A stretch of DNA of 59,527 nt from positions 1 to 59,527 of the forward strand of contig JAACDG010000072.1 of assembly GCA_009937025.1 (NCBI GenBank). The letters run 5' to 3'. Shown here one piece after another: positions 18,301-25,440 of this stretch (the first letter of the stretch is position 1; each line of letters begins with the position of its first letter). The notes under the pieces are model-generated. The model did not search any database, had not been told where the DNA came from, and saw only the letters and a list, made by a program, of their open reading frames with translations. Both the position numbers and the translations under genes were made by a program. The stretch comes from Methanobacteriota archaeon. GTDB taxonomy: Archaea > Thermoplasmatota > Poseidoniia > Poseidoniales > Poseidoniaceae.

Positions 18301-20676
18301 CCATTAGTTGATGGTGTACAATACTATGCTGTCGTCGTTGTTGAGTATGATGATGGCCACCTAGGTACACCATCACCAATCATGGGTCCTGCTTCACCAA
18401 CCGATGAGGTTCCACTCTCACCTTTGTGGGCAAATGCTGGACCTCACGAAGGCGGTGCTGATGGCGACCTTGATATTGAATGGGCACGTTGTACTTCGAT
18501 TGATTTGACAAGTACATTGATTTATGCTTCAACCACTTCAATGACCGATGTACTCGGATTGTTGCCTGAGGCAGAAGTCATGAAGACGGAAGGAAATACA
18601 ACTGTTCTCTCCCTTGATGCAGGTCAACCATATTGGCTTGCATTGACCTGTGTCGATGAATCTGGTCAAGAAGATGTGATGAATCCAACAATCATTGGAC
18701 CAGTTGTTCCAACTGGTGGCTTAAACGACAACACGGCACCTCCAAAGATGGAGAATGTAACTGCGATTGACACGCCTGACGACGATGGCGGAAGAATCAC
18801 CGTCTCATGGGATGTCAATCCAGCTGAAGATTGCACCTTCTATGCAATCTATATTCGATTGTCGGCAGGTAATTTTGATGGCGAGACGATTCCATCCACA
18901 TCTGTTGCAAACAGCGATTATTCTCAAGCAAAAATCATCGATGACTGTTCTGAAACTTCAACGACTGTTACGAGCATCGATGGTGTTGGACTCCAAGATG
19001 GACAAGCGTACCATGTTGGCGTTGTTGCTTTCGATGATTGGTTGAACGCTAATTTAGAAGATGTGGATGTCGTACAAGTCACACCTCTGCGCAACACTGC
19101 TGGAAGTGGAACCACTCCTGAGCGTGTTGGCACAGTCAATGCCTTTGACCACCCTGACGATGATGGAACAGCAATTGATGTCATCTGGTCAATTTCAGAT
19201 GCTGATGACTTCTCCCATTACATCGTATGGGCTGCGGACCAGCCAATCTCTGACCTCTCCGTGGCCTGGGCTGCATTCGGTGACGATGATGAAAAATGTG
19301 CATGTTTGAAAATTAACAAACAATGGATTGATGAAGATTACAACCCGATTGAATTATCGATTTCAACTGCCCTTTATGGTGGAGAGACGATTCTCGATGC
19401 AACGCCACAAATCATCAAACCCGATGTTGAACTCTATGTGGTTGTAACCGTTCATGACCTCGCTGGAAATGTCTACCTCACCGACTTACCTCAAGCGACT
19501 GTTACTCCGATCAATAATTTGCAAGATGTAACTGCACCTGCTCCTCTTGAAACACTTGAATTGTATGACCGGCCAAACGACGACGGTAGTGCTTTATTGC
19601 TTGACTTTGAACTAAGTGATGAAAGTGATGTTGCCGCATACGAAGTCTATGCTGCTACATGGATTTTTGACGCGGTTGGCATGGGGACTACTGGCCCTTC
19701 AACACCGATTGCGGTCCTCTCTCGACTTCCCGAACTCCCACTTACAATCGACATTGTAGCAGGAGATACACCGGTGATTGCTGGTCAAGAAATATGGGTT
19801 GCAGTCGTTGTTCGAGACACTGCAGGAAATGCTCAAGAAATCAATTTAGTGAGTGTTTCGGCTCAATCGATTGATGATGGAATTGATGATTTAGGCGGTT
19901 ATCTTGATGAAATTGAAGATGTGGTTTTGTCGTGGAATTCAGAAACAAATATTTTGGTCGAATGGAGTCATTCCGATGACTCAAGTGTTCGTGGCTATCG
20001 CGTGTATATTTCAAATACCGATTTCTCTACAACTTCCGATGCTGACTTTGTTGCTGAAGTGAAGGCCTCTAATTCGTTCCTTATCACGCCAAATAATTAC
20101 GACCCTCTGGTCAATACATCCGCTTGGTATGTTGCTGTAACTCCGTTTGATGACCTCTTTGAAAGAGAAGAAGTCGACGCCCTCATGCTCGATGTCTTTG
20201 GAAATGAGAATCAAAATGGGAATGAGAATCAAGACTCGGCCAATGAAAATGATTTCTCATCTCTCCTGACAACTCCAAACTTGTTGGCTGCAGGATTATT
20301 GGTCATCGCTCTTCTCTTATTGGTCGCTATTGTTCGCTCTCGTGGAGGACAACGTAGTCGAAATCAATCGCTTGAATTGCAAGAAGCAACTTGGGGCATA
20401 CAGGATGATGATTGGGGAAGCGTATCTCCCCCAACACCTCCGACGATGGAAAGTAAATCTGTACCAAATATCGACCAAAACCAAGGCAATGATATCTATG
20501 CAGCAGCTCAGCGTATTGAGAATCAAGACATGTATGGACGCCCAGCATACCAATCCCAGCAACCGGTTATGCAACCCACTCAGAATAATGCATTGCTGAA
20601 TGACTTGGCAGAGCCTACGTCTCCCCAACTCCCTCAAGCGAGCATTGATACATCATTCTTGGATGACTTGCTTTGA
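12379..20676 (+). CDS. Giant cell-surface protein: signal peptide, long beta-propeller-type repeat region, FN3-like modules, C-terminal TM anchor and Q-rich tail
   Basis: ORF 12322..20676 (2784 aa). The signal-like segment follows ATG 12379 (MNMKADTATLPRDARRALLLVVLMLLSSAAPLLTIPGVSA). Recurrent G[VIL]xR[YW]D...W pattern (GLARYDWSSGFW, GVLRYDLANDSW, GIARYDIPNNAW, GVARYNESSNQW) resembles Reg_prop-like propeller blades. Four modules start D-x-P-[DN]-D-[DG]-G. TM LLAAGLLVIALLLLVAIV lies near the C-terminus. Confidence 0.9.
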   Translation: MNMKADTATLPRDARRALLLVVLMLLSSAAPLLTIPGVSAHESNADTIWPQEGSNDTGWVQLDAVGANAVTGGQASASWTLEFAPGADLSNISFQVRVDGSDGLMIEEPMLVASDIGVNLLDWRGLGMLGSQDSFTGPNPYSGRLSPNSDSGATWTLPSDAEITDLVIEALSPVDPLVSLAPLEFNIVTHAIHPDDGRMYLAIDTFILTLDYSNDPVIIDVLDFEYDIHDLVIDTTNNLLHVLTDDGLFFAFSLDDTSEQPGLPTPSLSLPALDKFMIASDGNVYAANENGIAQWDGLSWNYPMTKTTFGAALDMVEVNNILYISFADEGVVRWDINSGSPLSTWSTANSLHSDEITEMIVSGNQLLLASPNNGLARYDWSSGFWLSTWNDGNWLTSNTINGVVRSGSDLFILSGDTLHEYDTSVGVFASSQPISSFGLSGDGQDLFAWPAAGTRAPGVETLVLGNGFGSFAELTPGSTPLQTGTLLLGSGPTSSSMQDATELNGVVFVAADDYMNRFDTQASRWLQPVYLGTIVNHLMNDGSHVFIASESGLHQMHNNGTLLQTWDSSNSDLNDDNIIRVDSDGSTVVGITGQGQMIRIDLTGALTPAAPVYDTAAVDLALFSNTVHLATDTSGVLRYDLANDSWLTPWISTGVNDANNVPVAVTGDILYFGIPGYGVARKDLATGELMSPLIELSNTGQGSANAVLPNDNIYALEADGSNLYIGTSNGAIEWDGTSSTSFQLGSRWNTRPQQYFDFAVSGGTVYAGTNIGVCAWPTSQISSTSPDCLNVYDGMPNWATYSVEADSYGYIFGGTTSGVGIITASPYDVIGEWEAGEQTQNAPAAVVGDIAFIALDGIGIARYDIPNNAWLTLWTEDNYLDNGNEDATALSVDVNPNYIWVGGSDGFQLLNATTGFEVYDIEKTSSLFAGNGDPLDMILHGNTMYYHDGTSSDNIYRFDALNFTALSALDAGAQVDENNGDVNGLNIIDGILMASVSSPNWWQVDGSGGIAQWNTSNGSWGESILPIGQVDRVTAYESTTGNLWISWGESNLELIAPNGTTIGTWDDNDFDFPIREILEYNGEVLFATEDGVARYNESSNQWLTMWEEGAGLPNNAGNRIYELWTDGYNLVVGGGDVSGFGQFQGGAVSHWDGSAWTQFDLGQSGTPNGYPISMALCGGVLNIGIYANNGGVARLDLANSSIIGSFTRADWNENYGEVAGVACDTTDTLYIAFYEDQADVKKYSFSTGNWLTPITSGTNGLPSDRVWWDSIGYANGGLVLGHGIGLSGNNIIGGGFSLIATSGNSNAQASVNGAGSSVTSFQWLGSEWLVGQAGGSSGFSKVETISPLGQNTIAALPGLVSGQVTTMTGNGTHLWITTAGTNQGFGQSSGAGLLQGERQADGTILWQDGWTMTANSKAPDTELIGTDLYITTTPTGLYKLDTTTGIVTRLNGGLHNNLDGMVRVGTTLVLGLMGSGGSAPGVQLYDIQTGYGNGKLIGGLPSNAINNFAATPDTLYIATNGGVGRWDYAAADWINPLTTTDGLPTNIVEDVLVEGNYLWMTTTAGLVQMNLTTNATTLYTSASGLMGTSTMSLTSYSPPSTTGETTLFIGHDGAGSERPAVTTIGLTSGTIIGHEFDQLPSNNIDALASDYWGIHIATDIGPMTHWNSTSSFFENGIPSYQIFGWPVQKMVSDGNHILIFGGNGISIVEARTSSHQNLKMISMPMLTGGTISSDYIWLTSAWEGLFGYENNPQYTEIERQSVRYADPLNVGFNLVTQDITDMTHPGMSITLADLNSTVALDPTQGVVGTNGILFQTVPLAFTSPVNNAATWAQSKSLKYNATIELANTPDFETTMQLAVDNGVIINGTQFLQLTLRSPSNGSLQVRLIYDYVRTETPITMTDIVDRPDDGGGALIANWSLVHDDNFARYLIYVNEGPFPNALPLTANDLSGRTIDKAISLHSRLSSEVTTANGTPLVDGVQYYAVVVVEYDDGHLGTPSPIMGPASPTDEVPLSPLWANAGPHEGGADGDLDIEWARCTSIDLTSTLIYASTTSMTDVLGLLPEAEVMKTEGNTTVLSLDAGQPYWLALTCVDESGQEDVMNPTIIGPVVPTGGLNDNTAPPKMENVTAIDTPDDDGGRITVSWDVNPAEDCTFYAIYIRLSAGNFDGETIPSTSVANSDYSQAKIIDDCSETSTTVTSIDGVGLQDGQAYHVGVVAFDDWLNANLEDVDVVQVTPLRNTAGSGTTPERVGTVNAFDHPDDDGTAIDVIWSISDADDFSHYIVWAADQPISDLSVAWAAFGDDDEKCACLKINKQWIDEDYNPIELSISTALYGGETILDATPQIIKPDVELYVVVTVHDLAGNVYLTDLPQATVTPINNLQDVTAPAPLETLELYDRPNDDGSALLLDFELSDESDVAAYEVYAATWIFDAVGMGTTGPSTPIAVLSRLPELPLTIDIVAGDTPVIAGQEIWVAVVVRDTAGNAQEINLVSVSAQSIDDGIDDLGGYLDEIEDVVLSWNSETNILVEWSHSDDSSVRGYRVYISNTDFSTTSDADFVAEVKASNSFLITPNNYDPLVNTSAWYVAVTPFDDLFEREEVDALMLDVFGNENQNGNENQDSANENDFSSLLTTPNLLAAGLLVIALLLLVAIVRSRGGQRSRNQSLELQEATWGIQDDDWGSVSPPTPPTMESKSVPNIDQNQGNDIYAAAQRIENQDMYGRPAYQSQQPVMQPTQNNALLNDLAEPTSPQLPQASIDTSFLDDLL

Positions 20677-20679
20677 GGC

Positions 20680-21474
20680 GTGTCAATGCGTGAAGGCAAT
20701 TCCGAGAATCCTCGTGAGAGTGTATTCACTACAGCGTTGTGGGACGGAGCATTCTCCCTTGCTGATTGGGAACTCCATGAACGTCGATTGATTGAACATG
20801 CGAAGCGTTTGCGTCTTGAACTTCCTTCGGATTTAAGACAACACCTACTCCGTTTTTTCGAACAAGAAGTTGATGTAAACCAACCACTGCCTTCCTTTGA
20901 ACCCAAGATGTTGGTTCGAATTGAATGTTTTCGCTCTGGACACATTTCTATCGAAACTCGTCGACTTACCCTTCGAAACGAAACCATAGATGCAATCACT
21001 TTCCCTGCCCCTCGGTGGTCTTCGAAAGTGCATGGAACAAAACATGGTGATTGGAATCCATACCTTGAAGCGCAACAAGTTGCAGAAAAACGAGGCGTTG
21101 ATTTGGCTTTTCTCGTACATGATTTTGCAATTGTCGATGCTGATCGAGCGATGCCCCTTGTACTTGATGAAGATGGAATCGCCTGGGCAACAGCCCCTGC
21201 AGAAGGCGGTGTTGCAAGTATTACCTTCGAAACTCTAGTTGGAGGACTTGAAGCGGCAGGAATACCAATTCAATATGGGCGATTAAACGAAAGATTGGTG
21301 GCGAGAGCTGTCGAAGTTACAGCGATTGGAAGCGGTATTGGAGCGTGTAGAGTTCTTTCGCTCGATGATGAACAACTCGGTGAAGGAATGGCTCTCACCG
21401 CCCAATGTCAATCGCTTTTAGCGGAACATTATCGAGACAAAGCAACGTGGTTTGATGTGAGGTTGGGGGAATGA
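20680..21474 (+). CDS. pabC: Class IV aminotransferase-fold protein, aminodeoxychorismate lyase (PabC)-like
   Basis: GTKHGDWNPYLEAQQVAEKRGVDLAFLVHDFAIVDADRAMPLVL..GGVASITFETLV fits the fold-type IV pattern. GTG start 4 nt after the giant gene stop. ATGA overlap with the downstream pabB-pabA fusion. Confidence 0.6.
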   Translation: MSMREGNSENPRESVFTTALWDGAFSLADWELHERRLIEHAKRLRLELPSDLRQHLLRFFEQEVDVNQPLPSFEPKMLVRIECFRSGHISIETRRLTLRNETIDAITFPAPRWSSKVHGTKHGDWNPYLEAQQVAEKRGVDLAFLVHDFAIVDADRAMPLVLDEDGIAWATAPAEGGVASITFETLVGGLEAAGIPIQYGRLNERLVARAVEVTAIGSGIGACRVLSLDDEQLGEGMALTAQCQSLLAEHYRDKATWFDVRLGE

Positions 21475-23708
21475 GTCAACACTTTCTATCCCTTCATGCG
21501 CATTGGCGAGACATTGGCTTACTTGGAGAAAAAGCGGTTCATTATGGAGGGCCAGATGAGTTGTTATTCTACTCAGGGGGCCCACAATCACATCTCGCTC
21601 AATTTTCTATTCTTTGCGGCCCATCTCGAAAACGGGTACTTGTACGTCAACCAAGTCAGAAGACTACTCCTTCGGCCCAACAACACAGTCCGTTGAATGG
21701 AGAAGTGCGATTGGTGAAAGAAAAACAACCGTTCGTCGCTCAAGTTGAAGAATGGAAGCATGGGTGTTGGTATCATTCAACGTCGATCTTCGCACAATCA
21801 TTATCGGAACTGTTGGAAAAACTTCGCCCCTTGACTTCTGAAGTATGCTTCGACTCCGCTCCAGAGTCTTCGTTGCCTCAACGGCCCTTTTGGGCAGGTG
21901 CCTTCGCCTATGATATGGTGCAGTGGACTCGCCCACTCCAACTCCAACATGTGCCAGATGAAGGGGAATTACTCACGATATTGTGGCTTGTCGAACGAAT
22001 CGCTGTCCACGATAAAGCGACGGATGCCATTTCCACTCACGCTCCCGCCGAGGATCTCTGGGGTCAGAAAACTCGTCAAAACATGACCCCTGTGTCCGCA
22101 TTACAGCCTTTAGCGGAGCCATCTGCTTCAATTGAAACAAGTTCGATGAGTGATGAACAACATGAACAATCGATTGAAGCAATACGTGAAAGCATTCGGT
22201 CGGGACAGATGTATCAAGTCAATGTTGGACGCTGGTGGAGTGGCGACATACATGAACACCCTCGGGCCATCTTTCAACGCTTGAATGAGGACAACCCCGC
22301 ACCTTTCTCAGCCTATCTTGAAGCACCTGATTTGGGATTTTCTCTTGTATGTTCATCGCCGGAATCATTGCTCAAATGCGACGGTGAATCGGTGTTTACC
22401 TCTCCGATAAAGGGAACGCGTCCTCGAGGGAATAATTCTCTGCATGAAGAAGAACTTCGTATAGAAATGGTCAATGATGAAAAAGAACGCTCCGAACATA
22501 GAATGCTGGTTGACTTGATGAGAAATGATATTTCTTCTGTATCAAAAGTTGGGAGTGTTCAGGTTGAACGGTTTGATGTTGAAGCATATTCAAACGTCCA
22601 ACACCTTGTTTCTCACCTTTCAGGAGTATTAGAAGATGGAGTTTCTGGCCTTGATGCATTACAAGCGGTTTTTCCAGGAGGGAGTATCACAGGTTGCCCA
22701 AGAACGGTCGTCTGTTCCGCAATCGATGAACTCGAACAACGACCGAGGTCTTTTTGGACAGGCTCAATAGGATGGATTGATCTAACAACAGGGGCAGGTT
22801 CATGGAATATTTTGATTCGAACCTTAATCGCCCGAAAACTTCGCAACCAATGGCATGCAGATGTTGCAGCCGGTGGAGGAATTACCATTGGCTCGGACCC
22901 AAAGGCCGAAGTGGAAGAAGCAAAATGGAAAGCGGCTGCACTTCGAAAAGCATGTGGATGGATTGAAAACGATAATTCAAAACTGCCTGTTGGTGAACTT
23001 TCGATTCATCAATTGGAAAGGGAAAAAGTACCAAAAGCAGTCGGTGAAGGGAAGGTTCGATTTGCCGATGAGCATACAGTTGCCGAAGGTTGTGTTTTGT
23101 TGGTTGATAATCTGGATTCATTCACCCTCAATATTGCTCATGCTCTTGCCGGGTTGGGGCATGATGTTTTGATTTACAAAGCTCGAGATGGAGGACCTGA
23201 ATCGGTTTGGAATTCAACCTCGTGTGCTGAATTCGTGTCTCGCTTCCAACCTTCGCATATTGTACTCGGCCCTGGCCCCGGAGTCCCAACTGATTCCCCA
23301 CTTACAATGGGGATTGCACAATTAGCAATCTCCGGGAAGATATCCATTCCAATTCTTGGAATATGTTTGGGTCATCAAGCATTGGGTTTGGCAGGTGGGA
23401 TGGCTTTGGTGCGTTCTCCAAATGGGCCAGTACATGGTACCCCACGTGCATGTGCACACACAAATTCAGGGTTGTTTTCAACCCTGCAATCTCCTTCATT
23501 ATTCACTCGCTATAATTCATTGAGCATCACCTCAGTAGAGGGTGGACCATACATCGAAACTGCACATGAAGTCGGGACTGATATTGTGATGGGCATTCAG
23601 CATCCAGAGTTACAGATACATGGAATACAATTTCACCCAGAGTCTGTTGGTTCACAAGAAGGACTTGTTTTGCTGAAGAATTTCCTTATGCTCGAAGCGG
23701 ATGCTTGA
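21471..23708 (+). CDS. pabBA: Aminodeoxychorismate synthase, fused component I (PabB) - glutamine amidotransferase (PabA)
   Basis: Chorismate-binding motifs SPESLL, TSPIKGTRPRG (Lys as in PabB, not the Ala of TrpE), EKERSEHRMLVDLMRND, GGSITGCP. C-terminal class I GATase (LLVDNLDSFTLNI, PILGICLGHQAL, IQFHPES). Confidence 0.85.
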   Translation: MSQHFLSLHAHWRDIGLLGEKAVHYGGPDELLFYSGGPQSHLAQFSILCGPSRKRVLVRQPSQKTTPSAQQHSPLNGEVRLVKEKQPFVAQVEEWKHGCWYHSTSIFAQSLSELLEKLRPLTSEVCFDSAPESSLPQRPFWAGAFAYDMVQWTRPLQLQHVPDEGELLTILWLVERIAVHDKATDAISTHAPAEDLWGQKTRQNMTPVSALQPLAEPSASIETSSMSDEQHEQSIEAIRESIRSGQMYQVNVGRWWSGDIHEHPRAIFQRLNEDNPAPFSAYLEAPDLGFSLVCSSPESLLKCDGESVFTSPIKGTRPRGNNSLHEEELRIEMVNDEKERSEHRMLVDLMRNDISSVSKVGSVQVERFDVEAYSNVQHLVSHLSGVLEDGVSGLDALQAVFPGGSITGCPRTVVCSAIDELEQRPRSFWTGSIGWIDLTTGAGSWNILIRTLIARKLRNQWHADVAAGGGITIGSDPKAEVEEAKWKAAALRKACGWIENDNSKLPVGELSIHQLEREKVPKAVGEGKVRFADEHTVAEGCVLLVDNLDSFTLNIAHALAGLGHDVLIYKARDGGPESVWNSTSCAEFVSRFQPSHIVLGPGPGVPTDSPLTMGIAQLAISGKISIPILGICLGHQALGLAGGMALVRSPNGPVHGTPRACAHTNSGLFSTLQSPSLFTRYNSLSITSVEGGPYIETAHEVGTDIVMGIQHPELQIHGIQFHPESVGSQEGLVLLKNFLMLEADA

Positions 23709-23745
23709 AGAATCGGGCGCGATTGGAGAGAGTTGAGGGAGTATC

Positions 23746-24132
23746 ATGCCGACGTGCCGATATTGTTCAAGTACCTATTCTCGAGAGCAGTTCATTCATG
23801 GAAATGGTCCAAAGGCGCAGGTCTGTGTTCGATGTAGCCTCGAGAAAGGTTTAGTGTCGAAAGAAGATGCTCCGAACATGTATGACGAAGCTCTCAGCAG
23901 TGCGCGATTACAAATTATGGCGCGCCGATACAGTGTCTTTCTGTATATTCCATTATTGTGGACCCTTTGGATTATGGTCTTGAGTGATGTCAATCCTTGG
24001 GGTTGGTACTTCCTTGCTTTACTCATTGTTTTGACTTTACTTGCCCCGGTTTGGTTCATCTATCGCAGTGGGCAATACTCCGGCGACATGGCTCGTCTAA
24101 CGCCTGCATATGACCGCCCTGAAGGTCATTGA
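23746..24132 (+). CDS. Zinc-ribbon membrane protein (CxxC...CxxC then 2 TM)
   Basis: MPTCRYCSS...QVCVRCS, then hydrophobic helices. GAGGGAG Shine-Dalgarno-like sequence 6 nt upstream. Confidence 0.55.
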   Translation: MPTCRYCSSTYSREQFIHGNGPKAQVCVRCSLEKGLVSKEDAPNMYDEALSSARLQIMARRYSVFLYIPLLWTLWIMVLSDVNPWGWYFLALLIVLTLLAPVWFIYRSGQYSGDMARLTPAYDRPEGH

Positions 24133-25416
24133 TCACGATTTTGCGTGAATTTTGAGAACGTCGCCATCACTCATTTCGTGCTCTGCCCCGACGACACGTC
24201 GAGTTCTTCCATCCACGCCTCGGATGAATCCATCGCCAAGGTCACTGTGAACTTTGTAAGCCAGTACTTTCGCTTGAATCCCCGCGGGGACGACGAAAGC
24301 ATCTGGCAATACTTTGCCATCGCCATCTGTCCAATGTGTTTCATCTTGAACGGGATAGACGACGATGTGCTCTAATTCGTCGAATAAAACGGTATCGAGG
24401 AGTGTGGAAACTCCCGTTCCATCATTTGCAGAAAGCCGTTCAAGCATGTGGTTCAGGGCTTTGAGTTGGGGTTCAGAAAGAGAATCTCGGTTGGTGAATT
24501 CAAATGAGTTTTGACCTGGAACATACGAGATTAATTCAGCTGATGCGGCTCGGCGAAGAGCCAATTCCACGTCTGCCATACAAGGCATGAGCGTCCCATT
24601 AGCAGAAATACTTTGAAGCACACCCGGAGGCGCAATATCGAACTTATTTGCAGCAATATGAATCGGGAAAAGAGCTGTGCGGACATGCCTGGCAAGTGCT
24701 GCAATGGTTTCTTGACTCCAATCCCAAGGGCTCCCTAACTCCTCATGTTCATTTTTGAATGCTTCAAATGAGGTGGCTATGGATTGAGATGTTGAACCAA
24801 GGCCGGTTAATTGCTCATGGATATAGGTGACTAAGCCTTTCTCACCTTCAGCTTGTACTCGACGCACACCACGTGTCCATCCATCACTCAATAATCCCGC
24901 AATCCAAGCATCCAATTCTTTTCCAAGGAATTCTATTTCTTCGGCAATACGTTGTTGAGCGACTTCTTTGCTTTGATTCGCACCCTGTGGGTTTCCTTCA
25001 AGGTCAGTTGTTCCAGCAGCATCAACAACTTGGATGAGGGCATCACAATTGGCTAAATCAGCAAGGAAGGCGTTTCCTCTCCCTCTGCCTTCACTCGCCC
25101 CAGGAACAAGCCCTGCGATATCAACCAAAAAGCAAGGAACAAGTCGACGATGGGCAATACATGAACCAGTTCTCGGTTCACAGAGACTGCCTTGTCGAGG
25201 GTCATCATCAGCGATACCTTCGATTCGCCCTTCTGCCTCCAAACGTTGACGAATGTCTTTGCAGGGGCAATGTATTCGGGCTGCAACAAAAGCAACGCCT
25301 ACATTCGGTTCAATGGTACAAAAAGGGTAATTTGCAATATCGACTTTTGCTAAAGTCGCTGCACTGAAAAAAGTGGATTTGCCAACATTCGGTTTGCCGA
25401 CCAATCCGATTTTCAC
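24133..25416 (-). CDS. ychF: YchF/OLA1-type P-loop NTPase with C-terminal TGS-like domain
   Basis: G1 motif GLVGKPNVGKSTFF, YPFCTIEPNVG, DIAGLVPGASEG. GTG start. Confidence 0.8.
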   Translation of the reverse strand: MKIGLVGKPNVGKSTFFSAATLAKVDIANYPFCTIEPNVGVAFVAARIHCPCKDIRQRLEAEGRIEGIADDDPRQGSLCEPRTGSCIAHRRLVPCFLVDIAGLVPGASEGRGRGNAFLADLANCDALIQVVDAAGTTDLEGNPQGANQSKEVAQQRIAEEIEFLGKELDAWIAGLLSDGWTRGVRRVQAEGEKGLVTYIHEQLTGLGSTSQSIATSFEAFKNEHEELGSPWDWSQETIAALARHVRTALFPIHIAANKFDIAPPGVLQSISANGTLMPCMADVELALRRAASAELISYVPGQNSFEFTNRDSLSEPQLKALNHMLERLSANDGTGVSTLLDTVLFDELEHIVVYPVQDETHWTDGDGKVLPDAFVVPAGIQAKVLAYKVHSDLGDGFIRGVDGRTRRVVGAEHEMSDGDVLKIHAKS

Positions 25417-25440
25417 TGTAATCCCGCCATGTGAGCGTGG

